From: Macrostomum lignano
Lineage: Eukaryota
Length of the DNA: 64,000 bases
Assembly: GCA_002269645.1 (NCBI GenBank)
Contig: NIVC01003499.1
Coordinates: 30,737-94,736 of the forward strand
Direction: 5' to 3'
Within the stretch, counting starts at the first letter, position 1. Every line of letters starts with the position of its first letter. A program made the position numbers and the translations under genes. Below, piece by piece: positions 40,576 through 52,800 of the stretch. The notes under the pieces are model-generated. The model did no database searches, was not told the origin of the DNA, and saw nothing but the letters and a program-made list of their open reading frames with translations.

Positions 40576-41788
40576 CCCTACAGCCTGACATCTGCATAAG
40601 TTTGTGAAGCGCTAGTAGTATTTTTTAGCTTAGTATCTTAGCGTTAGGGAGCAAAAAATGCAGTACAAGTTTCGTAATAAACTACATATAGCATCTCTTT
40701 GCATTATACCTCAGCAGTCCCTTGTAAGCCTTGACATGTCAGTAATTCCCCCCACAAGCTTTAACATATCAACTTCCCCCCTTGACATCTCAGCGATGCC
40801 CCCCATAAGCCTTGAAATCTAAAAAAATCTGTCATAGTTATTATTTGCGAGCGCGCTGGAATTGAGTGGCTATAGTGTGTTTCAGTGCGTGTGCACTGCG
40901 CCGGGTAGTATGTTTGCGTCTCACGCGCGGCTAGCATGGTGGGGTCTGGGCGGTCAGGCCAACCATCCTTTAGTCCTAGGGTAAATAAACGTGTCTTATA
41001 AAGAGCCCAGTTGAATGATCTGATTCTCTTCGTTTTTCTACGCACTCAACTCAATTACAAGCCTTTAGCTTCAATCTATTACACTCACTACTCACATTTC
41101 GTACCAAGACTCATGGTAAATATGTAGAGAGACAGAAGCAAACGAGTTGAATGGCTATAATGCCCTGAATTACTGGCCATAAACTCGGTTACAGAATAAG
41201 TTAAGATTGCAGGTTAATGAGATGGTGAGCAATAGGGGGACCGGGCTAACGATACACGTTCGGGGGCAGTGCAACAGAGAAAAATTCGATTCAGACGTGG
41301 CCGACAGGCAGGGCCGTTACGATGGTCTCGGCGGTGGCTGCAGTGCGGACGATGAGTCCAGATGAGACACCTCGTCAGGAGGGAGGTTAAAATCAAGTCG
41401 TGTCGCCTCAAGAGTCGAGAGGAAGAGCAACAAACACTCAAAAAGTGTTGGATGGGTTGGGGGAACGGGCGGTAAAAACGGTGGAAAAGAGGGGGAAGGG
41501 AGCACGAGATTTCCCACAGGAAGTTTTCCCGCCGAGGTATTCCCGCGAGAGCCCGCGCCCGCCCCGCCCGCGTGATATTAAAGGCCGTGTCTTGTCCTAG
41601 AGCTCCGTTACCAAGCAAACCCTGATGACGTCACCCGCCAGCCGCGCTGTGATTGGACGAGAAATTGGGGTCGGGCGCAGCGGAGAAAAATGATTTAAGA
41701 TGGGGGATTCCGTAACAGGCAAGAAAAAGCTTGCGGAGGTAAGGGGACCTAAAACTGTCGCACGCATGAGTGATTTCTAACAAAAGAA

Positions 41789-42102
41789 ACTGAGAATAAA
41801 GCCACCCAAAATGAGAATCCTGCCTACGCTGACTGCGAAGGGCCCGGCCGCGTGCAGCCCCAGTCCATGGGCCATAGACAATAAAGGACAAGCAAAGTGA
41901 TAAAAAGCCATCCAATGTGAGAATCGATTGGTCTATGCGTCGTATTCTTTTATTTTTATACCTTCTGAGCTTCTGAGCCATATGACTAGCCAATCCTAGC
42001 TTATCCTTTATAGTCTATGGCTCATAGACTAGGCTGGACGCAGCCAGGCCCTTCGCAGTCAGCGTAGGCAGGATTCTAACTTTGGATGGCTTTATTCTCA
42101 GT
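41789..42102. mobile_element. Imperfect 314-bp hairpin (MITE-like) with about 110-bp arms
   Basis: ACTGAGAATAAAGCCACCCAAAATGAGAATCCTGCCTACGCTGACTGCGAAGGGCC (41789-41844) matches the reverse complement of 42047-42102; looser pairing continues inward. No clear TSD. Confidence 0.7.
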
Positions 42103-43118
42103 TAGGCTGACAAAACCAATACTACTCTTTCTGTCCTTCGATTGTCATGTGACTTCTCAATAGAAGCTTTCAACCGCAGCTAGTGAGACTGGACTATTTC
42201 TTTGTATTTCAGTGACATCGTCCCACAATCAGCGCTCAGGCAATTCAGTCCTTTCCACTGACTCCTGATCACATACAAGGGCGCCAATGCTGTGCGCAGG
42301 CACGCACTCATACACGCGCTCACACAGGATGTTCAGCGGCCCTTTGACTTTCTAATGGTCAGGCATGTACACTCTCTGTACCTTGGGGTTGCATCGCGCT
42401 GCCTCAGAAGAAATTTGAAATTGTTCTCCGTCTAATTCACTGTTGAGAATTAAGTGGGCTCAGCCTCATGAATAATAGATATCACTTGCTTTCCATGAAT
42501 AGCGTGAGCTAGCGTCCATGACAACGGATTTTCCTGCTATTGAAGTGGCAAACAGAAGTAGTGAAGAATTGGGACTGAAGAGAGAAAGTGAGAGAGATTC
42601 AGTGTGGTAGAGGTATGTAAAACTAGGCTCAGCAATGGGCTTTTGGAGAGTAAAATTTCTGGTTCTCAAGCTGACTGAAAGCTCCCAGCAAAGATGTGTG
42701 TACTGCTTAAAAGGAATTGAATTCTAGTTCAAATTTGCCGAAGGTAAAGCGCACTGCTCCGATTGTCTAGCAGAGTCAACTTACCCTCAAATAGTCCAGA
42801 CTATAGCTTTGCGAATTGCGATCCAGAAATTCGATGAAGCTAGCCCTCTCCGCACTGAACCTTCTTGTTTACCGAACCTGTTCGGCGGGAAAAGCTTTCA
42901 TTAAATAAAGTCTGCTCGTGATGGTGCTTCTAGCTCAGACTTTAGCGACGCTGAATTCCTTTAAGCTTAAGAAAACCTCACATGGAATCGATCTTCATTG
43001 GCTGTGCAGAAGTATATTTGAGTGTCGAAATGCAATATTAAAGGCATTCACTACCTTAGAATTGATACTTGTCACGCGAGCTGCATCGACTGACTTTACC
43101 CGCAATTGTTTCACTAAA

Positions 43119-44423
43119 ATGTTGCAGCTCAGAAAATTATTGCTTTTTGTTGCCATCGCAACCCAGCTGACCAGCTGCTACTCCAAGATGCCTAAGCAAG
43201 ATTTCGAGGCGGCTTTGCTGAAGTATCTGAAAAATAACATCACGGACTACAGCCCGACTCTGCTACCAGCCTTGGACAGTCAGTCAATGAGCGTCTACTT
43301 GTCCACCTCGATAGGTCAGATTGTGAGTGTGGACAGCGCCAAGCAGAGCATTAAAATTACTGCCCTGGTGTTTGCAACTTGGTATGAGGAAAGACTGGTC
43401 TGGGATCCTAAAGAGTTTGGCAACATCACTGTGATAGGTTGGGAGATCGGCAGAATCTACTTCCCTGTGATATTTTTGTGCACTGGCATTGGAGAAAACC
43501 AGCTTCTGAGTCCACAGTTCCCACCCTACATCACATCCGTGGCACCAGAAAAGTCAGTGGTATCAGCCATCTGGAGGCGTGAGTGGGAGTTCTCCTGCGA
43601 ATTCGACATGCGTCGGTTTCCGTTCGATCGGCACACCTGCGACTTGGAGCTGTTCGCTAACGACCAGGGGCGGGGAAAAGGACATCCTGCTGTAAAAAAG
43701 GGCAGCCTTCAGTATGGCCCATCAGTGGAATTCAATGAAGTGGGGGCCTATGTTAGGAACAGCGAATGGAATCTGCTGAACTTGAGCACGTTCGTGCGCA
43801 ACAAAAAGTATGAAGTTTTCAAAGGACAACCGAAAATGCCGCTGCCGACCTACGTGGTACAACTGGAGATCGAGCGGGTGTCCACTTACTACATGCTCAA
43901 CGTGGTGACTCCCCTGCTGCTGCTCACACTGCTCCAGGTGCTCGTCTTCTTCGTGCCAGTCGAGTCTGGAGAGAAGCTGAGCTTCGGCATCACCATCATG
44001 CTGAGCTACACGGTGTTCCTGCTGCTGCTGGACGGCCTGCTGCCCAAGTCGCAGTCAATGCCGGCCGTGGCGTCGTTCATCACGGCGGCCATGGTGCTGT
44101 CGACGACGTCTCTGCTGCTCACGGCGGTGGCGATTCGGTTCCACTTCGCTGCGGAGTCTCAGCCGATGCCGTCGTGTCTCCGATTCGTGTTCGTGTGCTG
44201 CCTGGGCCGAGCGCTGCTGTGCGGTGAGCGACGAGGGGGCGTCAGGACGGCGCCAGAAGGAGACAGCGATGACTCCGCGGTGAGCAAGGCGAGCGATGAC
44301 GGCGAGAGGCGCTCGGACTGGAAAACAGCTTCAACCGCCGTGGAGCGGCTTATGGCCGTTATGGGTTGTGTGGCGATTTTCGCCATTTTGTTCGCGTTCC
44401 TGGTTTGGCCCTTCCTCGAATAG
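43119..44423 (+). CDS. Intronless Cys-loop ligand-gated ion channel subunit, nAChR/5-HT3-like, predicted cation-selective, non-alpha and divergent; 434 aa
   Basis: Signal peptide MLQLRKLLLFVAIATQLTSCYS; W-x-E-x-x-L-x-W motif; Cys-loop CEFDMRRFPFDRHTC (C-x13-C); four TM helices with YYMLNVVTP and M1-M2 linker PVESGEKLSFGITIMLS. The GTG-started extension from 42918 lacks family similarity. Confidence 0.93.
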   Translation: MLQLRKLLLFVAIATQLTSCYSKMPKQDFEAALLKYLKNNITDYSPTLLPALDSQSMSVYLSTSIGQIVSVDSAKQSIKITALVFATWYEERLVWDPKEFGNITVIGWEIGRIYFPVIFLCTGIGENQLLSPQFPPYITSVAPEKSVVSAIWRREWEFSCEFDMRRFPFDRHTCDLELFANDQGRGKGHPAVKKGSLQYGPSVEFNEVGAYVRNSEWNLLNLSTFVRNKKYEVFKGQPKMPLPTYVVQLEIERVSTYYMLNVVTPLLLLTLLQVLVFFVPVESGEKLSFGITIMLSYTVFLLLLDGLLPKSQSMPAVASFITAAMVLSTTSLLLTAVAIRFHFAAESQPMPSCLRFVFVCCLGRALLCGERRGGVRTAPEGDSDDSAVSKASDDGERRSDWKTASTAVERLMAVMGCVAIFAILFAFLVWPFLE

Positions 44424-45443
44424 TTGGTTTCAAATCACACGACTTCAGATTTGCTGCTTTTTTATATATTTATCTAAAATATCTTACTACTGTTAAGTAA
44501 CAGCGATGAAATCTTCAGAGTATCTTTTGGAATTCAGATTCTTTTTTATGCCGAATAACTTTTCTCTTTTATCTGTTCTACGTGTTTATCGATTTTCTCA
44601 ACTTGTTAATTTTTTTACCCACACCCCCTGTCTTTACTCCTAGCCTTGCTTATTGCTTGAATCTCCCTTTGCCACACGCTGCTGGGCCACTGCCTACCGA
44701 GTCACGGCCTCGGCGACCAAGTCCTGTTAGCGCTGGTCCTCCAGCACCAGCCGACAGAGCGGAAGCGCCATGGCCAATGGCGAACTGAGACGCTGACAGA
44801 CTGTTTTGTGGCTGACTTGCAGGCGCTGGGTCTCAGCCCCCAGACCGAAGCCGCCTTGCCCCTCCCGCCTGTTTCGCGAGCGTGTGTCGATCCCTATGTT
44901 ATTCCAGGGACTTCTTGAGCTAGCACCTTTCTTTAGGAGCCCCTGGTTATTCTCTCTTCTTCTTAGTCGGCTTCCTGTGCGCTGTCTCTGTCGCTTCACG
45001 CACCTCAGATACGTAAAAATTTAAATCTCTTTTTTCAAAGAACCTTTTCTCTGAACAGGCATCGCACACGACCACTAGCTCGTACCAGATATGCTTTACT
45101 GCTACGAGTACCATGCGAAGTTTTGCTTGGAAAATTTTCTTATCCAAGAAATTCCAATTATACTTTCGCTTACCAGTAAAACAAATATTTTCCTCTTATT
45201 TAAGCAATACTTTATATCCTTAACTTATATTTACATGATTTCTTCAGTTATATTTACATGAAATTCTTCAAACTGAGTCAGAGAAAATGAAAACCAAACT
45301 CGTTCGCAATTGAATTAAACTCCTGTCCAAGTTCAGCACATGAAAACGAAATACGAAAAATTGCAAATCCAAGCTAGCAGGCCACTGAGAAAGAGGCCAA
45401 TCGCTGCCGGTGATCGACGAAGGCCACATTGACAAAAATGATT

Positions 45444-45710
45444 GTAGCCTAGTGGTTAGAGCGTCGGACTCACGACTTAAAGGTCGGGGGTTCGATTCCC
45501 GATCCCACTGGAACAATTTGTTACATTGAGCAAGACACTCAACTCTGCATTGCTTCAGCTCACCCAGCTGTAAAATGGGTGCCAGCATTAGCTGGGGTAA
45601 TTCAGGGTGTGGCGACCCCCCAGTCCTTAGACTGAACAGCCGTACGCAGCCTTCAGATGCGCCGCGCAATAGCTAATATAGGCAGGTGTAATCAATTATT
45701 ATTATTACAT
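45444..45710 (+). mobile_element. tRNA-derived SINE with CORE-like central domain, copy 1
   Basis: A box TAGCCTAGTGG, B box GGTTCGATTC, central TTGAGCAAGACACTCAACTCTGCATTGCTTCAGCTCACCCAGCTGTAAAATGGG and (ATT)n tail; highly similar to 55928-56235. Confidence 0.88.
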
Positions 45711-46009
45711 TACTAATACTAGTTACTAGTGAGCCGCTAGTTTAGTGTTTGGCGTCGACCTACCATCAGCAGTTCCCTCGCCCTCGCCCTCGCTCCGGGT
45801 TGCTGTCTGCCGCTGGGCAGCCTCCCGCCCCCTTTTTGCCCGCCTGTTTGCTGTCCCCCCGTTTTCTGCCCCCCTTTCCCGTTTTCTGATTGAATGGGTC
45901 CTGTACGTCTGATAAGCTTGACTCTGATTGGCTGAGCTCAAGACTCAAAAACCTTCTGCATCGGACTGCCCCTCATGCACGCCCGGGAACTTAACAGGCA
46001 TAAGTAATA

Positions 46010-47362
46010 CGAGGTGTATTCAAAAAGTTCTTTTCGGTGCCCTACAAAACTGAACACAAAACAACTGGAACTATGAAAACACTGTTAGATTGCTTAACAT
46101 GATTCTGTCACTCAACATATTCACCGCCAATGTCTTTGCACTTCTGCCAGCGATTTACCAGGCCTCTGATTCCGGAACTCACACCACTCGCGTCCGTTTG
46201 GCGAACAGCTTGATTGCATGCAGCTTCGATGTGCTCGACGCTGTCAAATCGAATGCCCCGAAGGTGCTTCTTCACAGATGGAAATAAGAAGAAGTCGCAC
46301 GGCGACAAATCAGGCGAATAGGGTGGATGTTGGAGCACTTCCCAGCCCCATTTGCTCAGGAGTTCCACGACGTTGTGCTTGCGATGTGCTGGCGCATTGT
46401 CGTGCAGCAGGATCACGCCAGATTCCAGCAGACCAGGGCGCTTCTTTCGTATTGCTGGGCGCAGCTTCTCCTGCAGAATCCACTTGTAGTAGTCCCCATT
46501 GACGGTGGTTCCTTGTGGGACTGCCCAGTTCAGCAGGATTCCCTGGGAATCAAAAAACATGACGTGCATGATCTTTATCGCGCCCTGCTTCCTGATGGCC
46601 TTCTGAGGTCTTGGAGAATGTGCTGGAAGCCATTCGGCAGACTGGGCCTTTGTCTCAGGATCCCAGCTGTAAACCCACGTCTCGTCTCCAGCAACAATTC
46701 TTGATAGAAAATCCTCCCCTTCTCGATGGAACCGACGCAGGTGGCTGCTTGAAGCCACAGTTCGCTGCATCTTTTGCTCACCTGTCAGCAGGTGTGGCAC
46801 CCACTTGCAGAACTTTTTCTGTAGGAGAAGACGCTCAGTCAGAATAGTGTGGACTGTGGACGCTTCCTACTGACACACCAACGTCTTCTGCCAACTCTTC
46901 GCAAGTCCGTCGCCGATCATCATCCAAGAGCTCTTGCACTTTCTTCACAACAGTCTCTTTGGTTGCAGTCATCGGCCTTCCAGAGCGGCCATTGTCCTCA
47001 ACGCTCTCTCTTCCCTCAGCGAACAGCCGGTACCATTTTCGAACTGTCTGCTCAGTTGGTGCACAGTTGCCAAGCACTTGCTGAAGCTCCCTAAACATAT
47101 CCGGTGGCTTTTTTCCTTGCAGAAACTGAAACTTCATCAAGCTTCGAACGTCTTGCTTTGAAAATGATTCAGCCATGGCCAAGAAATTGAGTGGCAGCTG
47201 ATAGAAATGTTCGCTGCTCTAACATAGTTGCAAACTGAGACTTAAAACCCTAGGAACGTTTAGGCCATAGACATAACTTGGTAAAATCGCTAAAATTCTG
47301 TTTACAACGCTTTCTAAAAATAAATGCCAAAGGACCGAAAAGAACTTTTTGAATAAACCTCG
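46010..47362 (-). mobile_element. Mariner (DD34D) transposon, full length 1353 bp, transposase frameshifted
   Basis: TIR CGAGGTGTATTCAAAAAGTTCTTTTCGG vs CCGAAAAGAACTTTTTGAATAAACCTCG (1 mismatch), TA at 46008-46009 and 47363-47364. ORFs 47182-46835 and 46800-46108 carry WVPHLL, GDETW, HDNAPAH and YSPDLSPCD, with 34 residues between the second and third Asp. Confidence 0.97.
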
Positions 47363-49473
47363 TAAATAATGGTGAGAAACTCTCTCAAGACACCTTGACG
47401 TCGAAAGGGACACGCTAGGCGTTTATAAAATGACAGATTGGAGAATTATAAGCAATCATAAATACCAAATAATTGAGAGAAAAGAGTTGACTTATGATCA
47501 CTTCTCCAAGCCCTTTAATGCTAAAAGTGATAGGTAGCATGTGACAGATTATAAATAAAAGTTGGTCCAGACAGGTTGATCTAAAAAATCGATCCCTAAA
47601 ATTAGTATATGATGCGCTAAAAAAGAAGAATCATAACCTAGCCTACTACGAGTAAGAGAAAAGAAGATTTGAATTCAGGCGCGATTCTAAGATCGAAAAA
47701 GTGCGTCCTCATCATGTAAGCGCAAAGGGCAAACGCCTGGGCGTCTCCGACATTGTTTTGTTTAACGGGTATCTGAGTTATATACATTAATTTTAGCAGG
47801 TACATATGTATGTATTTATTACCTGCGTAAATGTACTTTTTGTTCTTGCATCTGCATAACATATGTATAACATCCAGTGGGGATATTTCAGCACGCTTAT
47901 TGCCTCGTCTTGAGGCTCTCTTTCAAAATGCAGTAGCTACAGTTCATGTATTTATCAGAGTTCATTCGTTTCTTGGTCAATAGAACATAAGAGCTGGTGA
48001 TAATTGAACTTACACATAAAAAAATCAAGTAAACGTACAAACCTGGCCACGTAAATTTTTACCCAGTTTTTTATTTACGAAATCCGACAGTCGCCCTAGA
48101 TGGGTCTTTTAAGCTTTATAAAGCACGGAACTACACATAAATTAACTGAAAAGTTGGTTTCAATGATAAGATTGAGGCTCGTTTGGGCAGTAAACCGATC
48201 CAGTAGCCCCAATTCCCGTGCAACATTCCGACGTCATATACGACGCCGACGTATCTGACCCGACGCAGTGTTAGCGCAGCACCCCCAATTCAATAAATAA
48301 ACAAGAAAAAAAGATTTGCGCGGTTAATATTTTTATTGCAAAAGCTTATACATTGTTGGAACCAACCAGCCCGTTCAGCAATCCGACATCGGCGACATCG
48401 ACCTACATTTCCGGTGTCTATCGACGTCGCTGACATATATGTACTCGAATCGAATCGATGTAAGGATCCACAGAGTATTCATTGGGTGTTCATCTCCCTT
48501 GGGGTGGTACCGGTGGTCCCGCGGGACTACAGTCCCCCTCCAGTGGCGCCGCCACTGACCCGACGTACTCGATGTTGATGGACGTTGCTGGAGTTTGGGT
48601 ATTTTTCGAAGACGGATAATGACGTCATAATAGGCGTTTACCAACAGCGTCGACAGACGTCCGAAATAACGTCGGACTGCTGAATAGGATTAGAAGTCTG
48701 AATGGGGGGATGTATTTCATACGATTTGTGATTAAAAATGGTTAAAAATCGGCGCCTTAACTCAAAAGTGGGAAGGTTTAGTAGAATAAAAAATTCAGAT
48801 AAAAAAGATAAACACCAAGCTGCGCAGATTGCATGAACACAGGAACTCTGCTAAATCAATGTCAACTGGCAGCAGCATATTCACTAATCAAGCAGATAAA
48901 ATTTGATCAAGCTAGTTAAACTGGAAGAGGGGTAGATCAAGCTGCGAGATTACAAATTTTGAGCATACATGTATGTTTTTGGGTTCAAATGGCACTGAAA
49001 TATATGGCCTTGTTACAGTTAAATGATTTCTACATTAAGCTAAACAGTACGAATACCAAGTCATTTTCAACCGTTTTTATGAGTACAACAATAGTTTTTT
49101 TAGAACCTCCAGACTGTCGAGATATTCAAAGATTCTCCCCGAACTTCGGTGTATTCAGCACACCCCTGTGAGCCAATTGGCACAGAACCTCAGTGCGGCC
49201 TCGACCACATTAGTCTCTATCATCTCCGACATCAGAGGCCACTGGTCGTCTCGCCTTTTAGGAGCTTCTGGATAAATATCATAAAAATATCCTACGACGG
49301 CAAGCACCAGGCGACTATGGACACAATTTAGCGACTTAAGCTTCTATAGTGGGCAAAGCTCAACTGCCTGCTAGGCATCTTTAACTAGTCTTACCCTTGG
49401 TATTTCTACTGTTATTGCGCTGATCTGAAAAGCCTATAAGTTTAGAAAGCGTTTGAAAAAACATGTGGCTAAT

Positions 49474-49764
49474 CATACATGCGCAACAGTTGGCCGAGTC
49501 GGCCGATCCGGCCGACCGATTTGGCGGCCAACCAAGGAAGTCGCAAAAATGCCCACCCAAAAAAAGTAGTAGTACTAAGTAGCTGACGAGGCATTTTGAC
49601 TTAATAAGACAGTTATAAGTACTCCTGCCGTTTACCCAAAGTTGCGTTAATTTTGCGTTAGGGTTTTTTTACATGTAAGTCGCATTTTTGGCCAAAAACT
49701 ACGTCGCATTTTTGTTAAAACTAAGTCGCATGGCCGACCGAATTTTGGAGGTTGCGCATGTATG
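49474..49764. mobile_element. hAT-type MITE, 291 bp
   Basis: Perfect 14-bp TIR CATACATGCGCAAC / GTTGCGCATGTATG; perfect 8-bp TSD TGGCTAAT at 49466-49473 and 49765-49772. Confidence 0.92.
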
Positions 49765-49840
49765 TGGCTAATTTACAACTAAAAATGTTTTCACTTGAAA
49801 AAAATTAATAGATTGTAATAAAAACGAAATGCCATTTTTT

Positions 49841-52800
49841 TTAAATGGCATCGTAATCATCCAGATCCGCATCTGATTCCATCAGTGCCATCAAAGCACT
49901 TGCGTCTTCTTGAGACACCTGCGGCTGCAGTGTTACCGGCTGCTCATCAGCTGGCTTTGGTCTCTGAGCCGACTGCTGTTTCGGTGACTGCAGTTTCACC
50001 CGCGAAGGTGTCGTCTCCATTAGAGTGCCACGAGTATCATCGATTCGAGCTTCACCAACTGCCCAGCTTCCGGTTGCCGCGGCTTCCGCCGCAGCCGCAG
50101 CCGCAGCTTTGTTGTTCTTGGCCAGCTCCTCTTTGATCATCTCGCGCAGCCTCGCCAGGAGTTCGTCTTTTTCATCCTCCTCCTTTGGCGAACTGCTAGC
50201 CATGAATTTCTCGCGATTGTTGCGCAGACTGAATGCCTGGTAGAGCAGAAACTGCAGCACCAGTTCCTTGTCCAGCTCTTTCTTTTCGTCAGAGCTTTGT
50301 TGAGGTGCACCCCGCGACTCGCGACGATAACTTCTCCAGTTCCGACCCAGAACTCGCCTGAAAATGTCAAATATGTTGAATGGCGGTGGCAGGCAGGAAC
50401 GCGTCTGGAACTCTTCGATGAGTTCGTGACGCTCGAACTGCCAAAGCGCTTTGCTCCTCGAGTCAATCTCTTCGATTGTTCTGCTGAATAGCGCAATTAT
50501 CAGGTTTAGCAGAAGGATCTCCGTGATGATTACGTACAACGGCATGACGAGATTCGGCACCAGATATCTTGGGAGGTAGTTGGTTGTTTTGCGAATGATT
50601 GATTGGGAAAATAACTTATAAGTTGTCGTGGGGATTACCTTGCCGAAAATGGTAGAACTATTATAGTGCCACAAAAATCCCACTTGGATAGTCACTGTAA
50701 AGCTTCACGTTAACTTAGAGCAGTTTTTCTTAAATTAAATAAATAATCTTACTAGCATACATGAACGGGTCAATACTAGGTACTCGTGGATGCACTTGAA
50801 GCATTTTGATTATTTTAGGGTTCAATACTTCTAATGATTGGATTCCTGAAGTGACCTACCGGCCAAATTGATGCGGGCACGACTTCCCATTCTTAGTCTT
50901 ATTATTGTAGATGTCGTCGCATTCCGAATCGCCTTCAATGAGATCCAGACTGTACTCGCCGACCATGCTGTAGAAGCAGATCCGAAACATGGCAACCAAA
51001 ACCTCGCTGGTGGTCATCTTGTCCGAGTTCCAAGCGTAGTACCCGTTCGGAAACAACAGGCCGTGAATCAGCACGCCGAAGCCAAGTATGAAGATGAACA
51101 GAATGAACAAGAAAGGCATCATGTCCTTGATAATCATTGTAGCTATCATTTTCAGCTTGGGTCCAAGCTCCTCGAGAACGGTTGAAATGTACAACAGACG
51201 AACCCAGTAGAGCATGCAGGATGTGCCTAGTGTGAGGATTGAAAATACGAAAATTAAAAGGGCCTGTCGACTTAAGGACTATTAAGGACTATTATGCCAA
51301 CATAAGCTTATAAAGTAGAGTCCCTAATTATCGCCTTGCTTGTTCTGCCCTATCCCAAGTCCAATTTTCGTAGCTTTTTTGCCAAACCCAGCTTCCTAGT
51401 GTCATTGTGAGCAGAATGACATCATTTGTCTACATAGTTAGGAGTGACGTTTTTTATGAAGAAAAACGTGAGTCTTCGCTGGGAATCAACTTAGGTTCGA
51501 CTTAGAGTGAAATAATGAGGGTAATTTACATGTACATAACTTTCTATGGGACATAAATCTTAATTATGTGGAGTAGTTCTGCAGGGGATATGGCAACTTG
51601 AGAGATGGCTTTATAAACTTAGGAGCATTAGTTCTGCTGGTATAAAATCTAAGTAAAGTATCAAAAAGCTTACCGAGGAAGAGTCTAGCGTTGTACCAAA
51701 GTGTATCATCAAAGGCCATCTCTAAAGACCTTTCATGGGTGGGAATCGATCTGTCGTATCGAGAGATTCGCAGTGCAAAACCTATCACCGCAGATAAAAG
51801 GGCCAATAGGTCGATAATGTTCCATTTGCTCGAAAAGAAATCAGATATTGTCTCGTGCAGCAGTAGATACTGTACAAACTCCGCAAGCTCCTCCATCAGA
51901 AATCCAAATATGATCGTGTAGGCGATTACCTCAGGCGCGCTGAGTTCGTAATCGAACTCCAGCAGAACAATGTAAGACAACAAAAGTAGCAAAATTATGT
52001 GCGAAATTGCGTGGTATCGAAATTTTACGGCTGGTATGCGGTAGAAGCCGTACAGCAGGCTGAACAGCAGACGGATGTACTCCCAGCTAAAGATGGACGG
52101 ACCATCTGGCGAATAACTGCTTGCTGTCTCTTCGTTTTCTGTTTCTTTGGTTACAAATTCTGGCATTGAATTAAGTGTCGTCATTGATTGGCTCAATTGT
52201 TCTCGAGATCGTACTAGTGGCCTCAGCTCGGAGGAACGAGTGCGTCTGGCCATCACAGGTGTGGGATTATTTTCTTGAGCACTTCTCATCGATTCCGGCA
52301 GGAGGAAATCGCATGATGGATTGCCGGATGTCTTTGCGCTATCTTTCTGAAAGAGTTCTGCGTTTTTGTCCAACTTGTTTGCCTTTTCCGTGTACTTCTT
52401 TTCCAGATAGAGTAGTATAACTGGGATGAATAAGTTCAGCGGTATGAGACCAAGCCAGATTAGCACTTCACGGACGTAGGTGTTGATGTGAAGTAGGAAA
52501 CCGAACCAGCTCTTGTTCAAGGCCTCCTGGCCTGCTTCAGTCTGCAGGAACTTCGAGGAACTGTTTCTAGCAGCAAGCTGAATGCAAGTGATGTCGCCAT
52601 ATGAGGGCAATCTAAGAAGAAGATAGTCAACAGTTGTCTGCTTGTTGAACGAAGTGTCCAACTGATACACGTTCTTTACAATCTGCGCAGCAAACAACTC
52701 ACAGGTGCTTGCTAGTTGCTCCATTTCTGCGGCGTCCACCGACATACTTGGGATTGTTGCGAATGCCCGAAGCACACTAGCGCAGTAGAGACCAAGTGGC

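Noticed and set aside
42918-43118. 67-codon N-terminal extension of the Cys-loop ORF from a GTG start
   Set aside because: No family similarity; the ATG at 43119 directly precedes a typical signal peptide
45444-45505. tRNA gene (also 55928-55990)
   Set aside because: A/B boxes are present but no complete cloverleaf; both continue into a shared SINE body
48200-48700. CGACG-rich patch with a short inverted match (TTCAGCAATCCGAC vs GTCGGACTGCTGAA)
   Set aside because: Pairing does not extend convincingly and no TSD was found
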